Positions 25,501 through 38,700 of a stretch of DNA of 64,000 bases are shown here, one piece after another. Position 1 is the stretch's first letter. Every line of letters begins with the position of its first letter. This DNA comes from Squalus acanthias (Eukaryota), in NCBI GenBank assembly GCA_030390025.1, contig JASTWF010000353.1:124001-188000 (forward strand), written 5' to 3'. Position numbers and translations under genes: made by a program. Below the pieces are notes generated by a model. That model worked only from the letters and a program-made list of their open reading frames with translations, was not told the origin of the DNA and made no database searches.

Positions 25501-26480
25501 ATACTGCGAAAGACTGTGAGATACTGGGACAGACTGTGAGATACTTTGACAGACTGTGAGACACTGGGGACAGACTGTGAGATACTGGGACAGACTGTGA
25601 GATACTGGGACAGACTGTGAGATACTGGGACACATTGTGAGGTACTGGGAAAGACTGTGAGATACTGGGACAGACTGTGAGATACTGGGACAGACTGTGA
25701 GATACTGGGACAGACTGTGAGATACTGGGACAGACTGTGAGGTACTGGGACAGACTGTGAGATACTGGGGACAGGCTGTGTGATACTGGGACAGACTGTG
25801 AGATACTGGGACAGAATGTGAGATACTGGGACAGACTGTGAGATACTGGGGACAGACTGTGAGGTATTTGGACAGACTGTGAGATACTGGGACAGACTGT
25901 GAGATACTGGGACAGAATGTGAGATACTGGGGACAGACTGTGAGAAACTGGGACAGACTGTGAGATACTGGGACAGACTGTGAGGTATTGTGACATACTT
26001 TGAGGTACTGGGACAGACTGTGAGATACTGGGACAGACTGTGAGATACTGGGACAGACTGTGAGATACAGGGAAAGACTGTGAGATACTGGGACAGACTG
26101 TGAGAGACTGGGACAGACTGTGAGATACTGGGACAGACTGTGAGATACTGGGACAGACTGAGATACTGGGACAGACTGTGAGATACAGGGACAGACTGTG
26201 AGATACTGGGACAGACTGTGAGGTACTGGTACAGACTGTGAGATACTGGGACAGACTGTGAATACTGGGACAGACTGTGAGATACTGGGACAGACTGTGA
26301 GATTCTGGGGACAGACTGTGAGATACTGGGACAGACTGTGAGATACTGGGACAGACTGTGAGATACTGGGACAGACTGTGAGATACTGGGACAGACTGTG
26401 AGATACTGGGGACAGACAGTGAGATACTGGGACAGACTGTGAGATACTGGGACAGACTGTGAGATACTGGGACACATGTG
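19581..26480 (+). repeat. Array B variant-rich proximal zone
   Basis: Frequent variants include GAGGTAC, GAGGTATT, 21-bp GGGG units, 18-bp GACTGAGA units, TACTTTGAC, GACACTGGGG, GGTTACAG and CAGAATGT. The cassette CTATGAGATAATGGG...ACCAGGAC...ACTGAGAC recurs at ~21771, 22739, 23061, 23620 and 25232. Confidence 0.93.
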
Positions 26481-26660
26481 AGATACTGGGACAGACTGTG
26501 AGATACTGGGACAGACTGTGAGATACTGGGACAGACTGTGAGATACTGGGACAGACTGTGAGATACTGGGACAGACTGTGAGATACTGGGACAGACTGTG
26601 AGATACTGGGACAGACTGTGAGATACTGGACAGACTGTGAGATACTGGACAGACTGTGAG
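23930..26660 (+). repeat. ~1370-bp higher-order duplication within array B
   Basis: Marker pairs: ACCTTGAC 23971/25341, GAGCTACTTT ~24087/~25457, CACATTGTGAGG 24261/25631, GTATTGTGACATA ~24616/~25985, and an 18-bp unit at ~24792/~26160. The local offset shifts to 1430 across compensating three-unit indels. Confidence 0.85.
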
Positions 26661-29600
26661 ATACTGGGACAGACTGTGAGATACTGGGACAGACTGTGAG
26701 ATACTGGGACAGACTGTGAGATACTGGGACAGACTGTGAGATACTGGGACAGACTGTGAGATACTGGGACAGACTGTGAGATACTGGGACAGACTGTGAG
26801 ATACTGGGACAGACTGTGAGATACTGGGACAGACTGTGAGATACTGGGGACAGACTGTGAGATACTGGGACAGACTGTGAGATACTGGGACAGACTGTGA
26901 GATACTGGGACAGACTGTGAGATACTGGGACAGACTGTGAGATACTGGGACAGACTGTGAGATACTGGGACAGACTGTGAGATACTGGGACAGACTGTGA
27001 GATACTGGGACAGACTGTGAGATACTGGGACAGACTGTGAGATACTGGGACAGACTGTGAGATACTGGGACAGACTGTGAGATACTGGGACAGACTGTGA
27101 GATACTGGGACAGACTGTGAGATACTGGGACAGACTGTGAGATACTGGGACAGACTGTGAGATACTGGGACAGACTGTGAGATACTGGGACAGACTGTGA
27201 GATACTGGGACAGACTGTGAGATACTGGGACAGACTGTGAGATACTGGGACAGACTGTGAGATACTGGGACAGACTGTGAGATACTGGGACAGACTGTGA
27301 GATACTGGGGACAGACTGTGAGATACTGGGGACAGACTGTGAGATACTGGGACAGACTGTGAGACACTGGGACAGACTGTGAGATACTGGGACAGACTGT
27401 GAGATACTTTGACAGACTGTGAGACACTGGGGACAGACTGTGAGATACTGGGACAGACTGTGAGATACTGGGACAGACTGTGAGATACTGGGACAGACTG
27501 TGAGATACTGGGACAGACTGTGAGGTACTGGGGACAGACTGTGAGATACTGGGACAGACTGTGAGATACTGGGACAGACTGTGAGATACTGGGACAGACT
27601 GTGAGATACTGGGACAGACTGTGAGATACTGGGACAGACTGTGAGATACTGGGACAGACTGTGAGATACTGGGACAGACTGTGAGATACTGGGACAGACT
27701 GTGAGATACTGGGACAGACTGTGAGATACTGGGACAGACTGTGAGATACTGGGACAGACTGTGAGATACTGGGACAGACTGTGAGATACTGGGACAGACT
27801 GTGAGATACTGGGACAGACTGTGAGGATACTGGGACAGACTGTGAGATACTGGGACAGACTGTGAGATACTGGGACAGACTGTGAGATACTGGGACAGAC
27901 TGTGAGATACTGGGACAGACTGTGAGATACTGGGACAGACTGTGAGATACTGGGACAGACTGTGAGATACTGGGACAGACTGTGAGATACTGGGACAGAC
28001 TGTGAGATACTGGGACAGACTGTGAGATACTGGGACAGACTGTGAGATACTGGGACAGACTGTGAGATACTGGGACAGACTGTGAGATACTGGGACAGAC
28101 TGTGAGATACTGGGACAGACTGTGAGATACTGGGACAGACTGTGAGATACTGGGACAGACTGTGAGATACTGGGACAGACTGTGAGATACTGGGACAGAC
28201 TGTGAGATACTGGGACAGACTGTGAGATACTGGGACAGACTGTGAGATACTGGGACAGACTGTGAGATACTGGGACAGACTGTGAGATACTGGGACAGAC
28301 TGTGAGATACTGGGACAGACTGTGAGATACTGGGACAGACTGTGAGATACTGGGACAGACTGTGAGATACTGGGACAGACTGTGAGATACTGGGACAGAC
28401 TGTGAGATACTGGGACAGACTGTGAGATACTGGGACAGACTGTGAGTACTGGGACAGACTGTGAGATACTGGGACAGACTGTGAGATACTGGGACAGACT
28501 GTGAGATACTGGGACAGACTGTGAGATACTGGGACAGACTGTGAGATACTGGGACAGACTGTGAGATACTGGGACAGACTGTGAGATACTGGGACAGACT
28601 GTGAGATACTGGGACAGACTGTGAGATACTGGGACAGACTGTGAGATACTGGGACAGACTGTGAGATACTGGGACAGACTGTGAGATACTGGGACAGACT
28701 GTGAGATACTGGGACAGACTGTGAGATACTGGGACAGACTGTGAGATACTGGGACAGACTGTGAGATACTGGGACAGACTGTGAGATACTGGGACAGACT
28801 GTGAGATACTGGGGACAGACTGTGAGATACTGGGACAGACTGTGAGATACTGGGACAGAATGTGAGATACTGGGACAGACTGTGAGATACTGGGACAGAC
28901 TGTGAGATACTGGGACAGACTGTGAGATACTGGGACAGACTGTGAGATACTGGGACAGACTGTGAGATACTGGACAGACTGTGAGATACTGGGACAGACT
29001 GTGAGATACTGGGACAGACTGTGAGATACTGGGACAGACTGTGAGATACTGGACAGACTGTGAGATACTTTGACAGACTGTGAGATACTTTGACAGACTG
29101 TGAGACACTGGGGACAGACTGTGAGATACTGGGACAGACTGTGAGATACTGGGACAGACTGTGAGATACTTTGGCAGACTGTGAGACACTGGGGACAGAC
29201 TGTGAGATACTGGGACAGACTGTGAGATACTGGGACAGACTGTGAGATATTGGGACAGACTGTGAGATACTTTGACGACTGTGAGACACTGGGGACAGAC
29301 TGTGAGATACTGGGACAGACAGTGAGATACTGGGGACAGACTGTGAGATACTGGGACAGAATGTGAGATACTGGGGACAGACTGTGAGATACTGGGACAG
29401 ACTGTGAGATACTGGGACAGACTGTGAGATACTGGGACAGACTGTGAGGTACTGGGACAGACTGTGAGGTTCTGGGACAGACTGTGAGATACTGGGGACA
29501 GGCTGTGAGATACTGGGACAGACTGTGAGATACTGGGACAGAATGTGAGATACTGGGACAGACTGTGAGATACTGGGACAGACTGTGAGGTATTGGGACA

Positions 29601-29728
29601 GACTGTGAGATACTGGGACAGAATGTGAGATAGCTGGGACATGGGGATTGGGACAGACTGTGAGATACTGGGACAGAATGTGAGATACTGGGGACAGACT
29701 GTGAGATACTGGGGACAGACTGTGAGAC

Positions 29729-32700
29729 ACTGGGACAGACTGTGAGATACTGGGACAGACTGTGAGATACTGGGACAGACTGTGAGATACTGGGACAGAC
29801 TGTGAGATACTGGGACAGACTGTGAGATACTGGGACAGACTGTGAGATACTGGGACAGACTGTGAGATACTGGGACAGACTGTGAGATACTGGGACAGAC
29901 TGTGAGATACTGGGACAGACTGTGAGATACTGGGACAGACTGTGAGATACTGGGACAGACTGTGAGATACTGGGACAGACTGTGAGATACTGGGACAGAC
30001 TGTGAGATACTGGGACAGACTGTGAGATACTGGGACAGACTGTGAGATACTGGGACAGACTGTGAGATACTGGGACAGACTGTGAGATACTGGGACAGAC
30101 TGTGAGATACTGGGACAGACTGTGAGATACTGGGACAGACTGTGAGATACTGGGACAGACTGTGAGATACTGGGACAGACTGTGAGATACTGGGACAGAC
30201 TGTGAGATACTGGGACAGACTGTGAGATACTGGGACAGACTGTGAGATACTGGGACAGACTGTGAGATACTGGGACAGACTGTGAGATACTGGGACAGAC
30301 TGTGAGATACTGGGACAGACTGTGAGATACTGGGACAGACTGTGAGATACTGGGACAGACTGTGAGATACTGGGACAGACTGTGAGATACTGGGACAGAC
30401 TGTGAGATACTGGGACAGACTGTGAGATACTGGGACAGACTGTGAGATACTGGGACAGACTGTGAGATACTGGGACAGACTGTGAGATACTGGGACAGAC
30501 TGTGAGATACTGGGACAGACTGTGAGATACTGGGACAGACTGTGAGATACTGGGACAGACTGTGAGATACTGGGACAGACTGTGAGATACTGGGACAGAC
30601 TGTGAGATACTGGGACAGACTGTGAGATACTGGGACAGACTGTGAGATACTGGGACAGACTGTGAGATACTGGGACAGACTGTGAGATACTGGGACAGAC
30701 TGTGAGATACTGGGACAGACTGTGAGATACTGGGACAGACTGTGAGATACTGGGACAGACTGTGAGATACTGGGACAGACTGTGAGATACTGGGACAGAC
30801 TGTGAGATACTGGGACAGACTGTGAGATACTGGGACAGACTGTGAGATACTGGGACAGACTGTGAGATACTGGGACAGACTGTGAGATACTGGGACAGAC
30901 TGTGAGATACTGGGACAGACTGTGAGATACTGGGACAGACTGTGAGATACTGGGACAGACTGTGAGATACTGGGACAGACTGTGAGATACTGGGACAGAC
31001 TGTGAGATACTGGGACAGACTGTGAGATACTGGGACAGACTGTGAGATACTGGGACAGACTGTGAGATACTGGGACAGACTGTGAGATACTGGGACAGAC
31101 TGTGAGATACTGGGACAGACTGTGAGATACTGGGACAGACTGTGAGATACTGGGACAGACTGTGAGATACTGGGACAGACTGTGAGATACTGGGACAGAC
31201 TGTGAGATACTGGGACAGACTGTGAGATACTGGGACAGACTGTGAGATACTGGGACAGACTGTGAGATACTGGGACAGACTGTGAGATACTGGGACAGAC
31301 TGTGAGATACTGGGACAGACTGTGAGATACTGGGACAGACTGTGAGATACTGGGACAGACTGTGAGATACTGGGACAGACTGTGAGATACTGGGACAGAC
31401 TGTGAGATACTGGGACAGACTGTGAGATACTGGGACAGACTGTGAGATACTGGGACAGACTGTGAGATACTGGGACAGACTGTGAGATACTGGGACAGAC
31501 TGTGAGATACTGGGACAGACTGTGAGATACTGGGACAGACTGTGAGATACTGGGACAGACTGTGAGATACTGGGACAGACTGTGAGATACTGGGACAGAC
31601 TGTGAGATACTGGGACAGACTGTGAGATACTGGGACAGACTGTGAGATACTGGGACAGACTGTGAGATACTGGGACAGACTGTGAGATACTGGGACAGAC
31701 TGTGAGATACTGGGACAGACTGTGAGATACTGGGACAGACTGTGAGATACTGGGACAGACTGTGAGATACTGGGACAGACTGTGAGATACTGGGACAGAC
31801 TGTGAGATACTGGGACAGACTGTGAGATACTGGGACAGACTGTGAGATACTGGGACAGACTGTGAGATACTGGGACAGACTGTGAGATACTGGGACAGAC
31901 TGTGAGATACTGGGACAGACTGTGAGATACTGGGACAGACTGTGAGATACTGGGACAGACTGTGAGATACTGGGACAGACTGTGAGATACTGGGACAGAC
32001 TGTGAGATACTGGGACAGACTGTGAGATACTGGGACAGACTGTGAGATACTGGGACAGACTGTGAGATACTGGGACAGACTGTGAGATACTGGGACAGAC
32101 TGTGAGATACTGGGACAGACTGTGAGATACTGGGACAGACTGTGAGATACTGGGACAGACTGTGAGATACTGGGACAGACTGTGAGATACTGGGACAGAC
32201 TGTGAGATACTGGGACAGACTGTGAGATACTGGGACAGACTGTGAGATACTGGGACAGACTGTGAGATACTGGGACAGACTGTGAGATACTGGGACAGAC
32301 TGTGAGATACTGGGACAGACTGTGAGATACTGGGACAGACTGTGAGATACTGGGACAGACTGTGAGATACTGGGACAGACTGTGAGATACTGGGACAGAC
32401 TGTGAGATACTGGGACAGACTGTGAGATACTGGGACAGACTGTGAGATACTGGGACAGACTGTGAGATACTGGGACAGACTGTGAGATACTGGGACAGAC
32501 TGTGAGATACTGGGACAGACTGTGAGATACTGGGACAGACTGTGAGATACTGGGACAGACTGTGAGATACTGGGACAGACTGTGAGATACTGGGACAGAC
32601 TGTGAGATACTGGGACAGACTGTGAGATACTGGGACAGACTGTGAGATACTGGGACAGACTGTGAGATACTGGGACAGACTGTGAGATACTGGGACAGAC

Positions 32701-35700
32701 TGTGAGATACTGGGACAGACTGTGAGATACTGGGACAGACTGTGAGATACTGGGACAGACTGTGAGATACTGGGACAGACTGTGAGATACTGGGACAGAC
32801 TGTGAGATACTGGGACAGACTGTGAGATACTGGGACAGACTGTGAGATACTGGGACAGACTGTGAGATACTGGGACAGACTGTGAGATACTGGGACAGAC
32901 TGTGAGATACTGGGACAGACTGTGAGATACTGGGACAGACTGTGAGATACTGGGACAGACTGTGAGATACTGGGACAGACTGTGAGATACTGGGACAGAC
33001 TGTGAGATACTGGGACAGACTGTGAGATACTGGGACAGACTGTGAGATACTGGGACAGACTGTGAGATACTGGGACAGACTGTGAGATACTGGGACAGAC
33101 TGTGAGATACTGGGACAGACTGTGAGATACTGGGACAGACTGTGAGATACTGGGACAGACTGTGAGATACTGGGACAGACTGTGAGATACTGGGACAGAC
33201 TGTGAGATACTGGGACAGACTGTGAGATACTGGGACAGACTGTGAGATACTGGGACAGACTGTGAGATACTGGGACAGACTGTGAGATACTGGGACAGAC
33301 TGTGAGATACTGGGACAGACTGTGAGATACTGGGACAGACTGTGAGATACTGGGACAGACTGTGAGATACTGGGACAGACTGTGAGATACTGGGACAGAC
33401 TGTGAGATACTGGGACAGACTGTGAGATACTGGGACAGACTGTGAGATACTGGGACAGACTGTGAGATACTGGGACAGACTGTGAGATACTGGGACAGAC
33501 TGTGAGATACTGGGACAGACTGTGAGATACTGGGACAGACTGTGAGATACTGGGACAGACTGTGAGATACTGGGACAGACTGTGAGATACTGGGACAGAC
33601 TGTGAGATACTGGGACAGACTGTGAGATACTGGGACAGACTGTGAGATACTGGGACAGACTGTGAGATACTGGGACAGACTGTGAGATACTGGGACAGAC
33701 TGTGAGATACTGGGACAGACTGTGAGATACTGGGACAGACTGTGAGATACTGGGACAGACTGTGAGATACTGGGACAGACTGTGAGATACTGGGACAGAC
33801 TGTGAGATACTGGGACAGACTGTGAGATACTGGGACAGACTGTGAGATACTGGGACAGACTGTGAGATACTGGGACAGACTGTGAGATACTGGGACAGAC
33901 TGTGAGATACTGGGACAGACTGTGAGATACTGGGACAGACTGTGAGATACTGGGACAGACTGTGAGATACTGGGACAGACTGTGAGATACTGGGACAGAC
34001 TGTGAGATACTGGGACAGACTGTGAGATACTGGGACAGACTGTGAGATACTGGGACAGACTGTGAGATACTGGGACAGACTGTGAGATACTGGGACAGAC
34101 TGTGAGATACTGGGACAGACTGTGAGATACTGGGACAGACTGTGAGATACTGGGACAGACTGTGAGATACTGGGACAGACTGTGAGATACTGGGACAGAC
34201 TGTGAGATACTGGGACAGACTGTGAGATACTGGGACAGACTGTGAGATACTGGGACAGACTGTGAGATACTGGGACAGACTGTGAGATACTGGGACAGAC
34301 TGTGAGATACTGGGACAGACTGTGAGATACTGGGACAGACTGTGAGATACTGGGACAGACTGTGAGATACTGGGACAGACTGTGAGATACTGGGACAGAC
34401 TGTGAGATACTGGGACAGACTGTGAGATACTGGGACAGACTGTGAGATACTGGGACAGACTGTGAGATACTGGGACAGACTGTGAGATACTGGGACAGAC
34501 TGTGAGATACTGGGACAGACTGTGAGATACTGGGACAGACTGTGAGATACTGGGACAGACTGTGAGATACTGGGACAGACTGTGAGATACTGGGACAGAC
34601 TGTGAGATACTGGGACAGACTGTGAGATACTGGGACAGACTGTGAGATACTGGGACAGACTGTGAGATACTGGGACAGACTGTGAGATACTGGGACAGAC
34701 TGTGAGATACTGGGACAGACTGTGAGATACTGGGACAGACTGTGAGATACTGGGACAGACTGTGAGATACTGGGACAGACTGTGAGATACTGGGACAGAC
34801 TGTGAGATACTGGGACAGACTGTGAGATACTGGGACAGACTGTGAGATACTGGGACAGACTGTGAGATACTGGGACAGACTGTGAGATACTGGGACAGAC
34901 TGTGAGATACTGGGACAGACTGTGAGATACTGGGACAGACTGTGAGATACTGGGACAGACTGTGAGATACTGGGACAGACTGTGAGATACTGGGACAGAC
35001 TGTGAGATACTGGGACAGACTGTGAGATACTGGGACAGACTGTGAGATACTGGGACAGACTGTGAGATACTGGGACAGACTGTGAGATACTGGGACAGAC
35101 TGTGAGATACTGGGACAGACTGTGAGATACTGGGACAGACTGTGAGATACTGGGACAGACTGTGAGATACTGGGACAGACTGTGAGATACTGGGACAGAC
35201 TGTGAGATACTGGGACAGACTGTGAGATACTGGGACAGACTGTGAGATACTGGGACAGACTGTGAGATACTGGGACAGACTGTGAGATACTGGGACAGAC
35301 TGTGAGATACTGGGACAGACTGTGAGATACTGGGACAGACTGTGAGATACTGGGACAGACTGTGAGATACTGGGACAGACTGTGAGATACTGGGACAGAC
35401 TGTGAGATACTGGGACAGACTGTGAGATACTGGGACAGACTGTGAGATACTGGGACAGACTGTGAGATACTGGGACAGACTGTGAGATACTGGGACAGAC
35501 TGTGAGATACTGGGACAGACTGTGAGATACTGGGACAGACTGTGAGATACTGGGACAGACTGTGAGATACTGGGACAGACTGTGAGATACTGGGACAGAC
35601 TGTGAGATACTGGGACAGACTGTGAGATACTGGGACAGACTGTGAGATACTGGGACAGACTGTGAGATACTGGGACAGACTGTGAGTACTGGGACAGACT

Positions 35701-38700
35701 GTGAGATACTGGGACAGACTGTGAGATACTGGGACAGACTGTGAGATACTGGGACAGACTGTGAGATACTGGGACAGACTGTGAGATACTGGGACAGACT
35801 GTGAGATACTGGGACAGACTGTGAGATACTGGGACAGACTGTGAGATACTGGGACAGACTGTGAGATACTGGGACAGACTGTGAGATACTGGGACAGACT
35901 GTGAGATACTGGGACAGACTGTGAGATACTGGGACAGACTGTGAGATACTGGGACAGACTGTGAGATACTGGGACAGACTGTGAGATACTGGGACAGACT
36001 GTGAGATACTGGGACAGACTGTGAGATACTGGGACAGACTGTGAGATACTGGGACAGACTGTGAGATACTGGGACAGACTGTGAGATACTGGGACAGACT
36101 GTGAGATACTGGGACAGACTGTGAGATACTGGGACAGACTGTGAGATACTGGGACAGACTGTGAGATACTGGGACAGACTGTGAGATACTGGGACAGACT
36201 GTGAGATACTGGGACAGACTGTGAGATACTGGGACAGACTGTGAGATACTGGGACAGACTGTGAGATACTGGGACAGACTGTGAGATACTGGGACAGACT
36301 GTGAGATACTGGGACAGACTGTGAGATACTGGGACAGACTGTGAGATACTGGGACAGACTGTGAGATACTGGGACAGACTGTGAGATACTGGGACAGACT
36401 GTGAGATACTGGGACAGACTGTGAGATACTGGGACAGACTGTGAGATACTGGGACAGACTGTGAGATACTGGGACAGACTGTGAGATACTGGGACAGACT
36501 GTGAGATACTGGGACAGACTGTGAGATACTGGGACAGACTGTGAGATACTGGGACAGACTGTGAGATACTGGGACAGACTGTGAGATACTGGGACAGACT
36601 GTGAGATACTGGGACAGACTGTGAGATACTGGGACAGACTGTGAGATACTGGGACAGACTGTGAGATACTGGGACAGACTGTGAGATACTGGGACAGACT
36701 GTGAGATACTGGGACAGACTGTGAGATACTGGGACAGACTGTGAGATACTGGGACAGACTGTGAGATACTGGGACAGACTGTGAGATACTGGGACAGACT
36801 GTGAGATACTGGGACAGACTGTGAGATACTGGGACAGACTGTGAGATACTGGGACAGACTGTGAGATACTGGGACAGACTGTGAGATACTGGGACAGACT
36901 GTGAGATACTGGGACAGACTGTGAGATACTGGGACAGACTGTGAGATACTGGGACAGACTGTGAGATACTGGGACAGACTGTGAGATACTGGGACAGACT
37001 GTGAGATACTGGGACAGACTGTGAGATACTGGGACAGACTGTGAGATACTGGGACAGACTGTGAGATACTGGGACAGACTGTGAGATACTGGGACAGACT
37101 GTGAGATACTGGGACAGACTGTGAGATACTGGGACAGACTGTGAGATACTGGGACAGACTGTGAGATACTGGGACAGACTGTGAGATACTGGGACAGACT
37201 GTGAGATACTGGGACAGACTGTGAGATACTGGGACAGACTGTGAGATACTGGGACAGACTGTGAGATACTGGGACAGACTGTGAGATACTGGGACAGACT
37301 GTGAGATACTGGGACAGACTGTGAGATACTGGGACAGACTGTGAGATACTGGGACAGACTGTGAGATACTGGGACAGACTGTGAGATACTGGGACAGACT
37401 GTGAGATACTGGGACAGACTGTGAGATACTGGGACAGACTGTGAGATACTGGGACAGACTGTGAGATACTGGGACAGACTGTGAGATACTGGGACAGACT
37501 GTGAGATACTGGGACAGACTGTGAGATACTGGGACAGACTGTGAGATACTGGGACAGACTGTGAGATACTGGGACAGACTGTGAGATACTGGGACAGACT
37601 GTGAGATACTGGGACAGACTGTGAGATACTGGGACAGACTGTGAGATACTGGGACAGACTGTGAGATACTGGGACAGACTGTGAGATACTGGGACAGACT
37701 GTGAGATACTGGGACAGACTGTGAGATACTGGGACAGACTGTGAGATACTGGGACAGACTGTGAGATACTGGGACAGACTGTGAGATACTGGGACAGACT
37801 GTGAGATACTGGGACAGACTGTGAGATACTGGGACAGACTGTGAGATACTGGGACAGACTGTGAGATACTGGGACAGACTGTGAGATACTGGGACAGACT
37901 GTGAGATACTGGGACAGACTGTGAGATACTGGGACAGACTGTGAGATACTGGGACAGACTGTGAGATACTGGGACAGACTGTGAGATACTGGGACAGACT
38001 GTGAGATACTGGGACAGACTGTGAGATACTGGGACAGACTGTGAGATACTGGGACAGACTGTGAGATACTGGGACAGACTGTGAGATACTGGGACAGACT
38101 GTGAGATACTGGGACAGACTGTGAGATACTGGGACAGACTGTGAGATACTGGGACAGACTGTGAGATACTGGGACAGACTGTGAGATACTGGGACAGACT
38201 GTGAGATACTGGGACAGACTGTGAGATACTGGGACAGACTGTGAGATACTGGGACAGACTGTGAGATACTGGGACAGACTGTGAGATACTGGGACAGACT
38301 GTGAGATACTGGGACAGACTGTGAGATACTGGGACAGACTGTGAGATACTGGGACAGACTGTGAGATACTGGGACAGACTGTGAGATACTGGGACAGACT
38401 GTGAGATACTGGGACAGACTGTGAGATACTGGGACAGACTGTGAGATACTGGGACAGACTGTGAGATACTGGGACAGACTGTGAGATACTGGGACAGACT
38501 GTGAGATACTGGGACAGACTGTGAGATACTGGGACAGACTGTGAGATACTGGGACAGACTGTGAGATACTGGGACAGACTGTGAGATACTGGGACAGACT
38601 GTGAGATACTGGGACAGACTGTGAGATACTGGGACAGACTGTGAGATACTGGGACAGACTGTGAGATACTGGGACAGACTGTGAGATACTGGGACAGACT

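Noticed and set aside
24090..29730. 1850-aa and 1579-aa minus-strand ORFs resembling mucin-like or repetitive surface proteins
   Set aside because: They overlap in different frames and encode the same peptide. The unit length is not a multiple of 3, there is no signal peptide or unique terminus, and the starts come from sporadic variants, including the garbled unit at ~29640.
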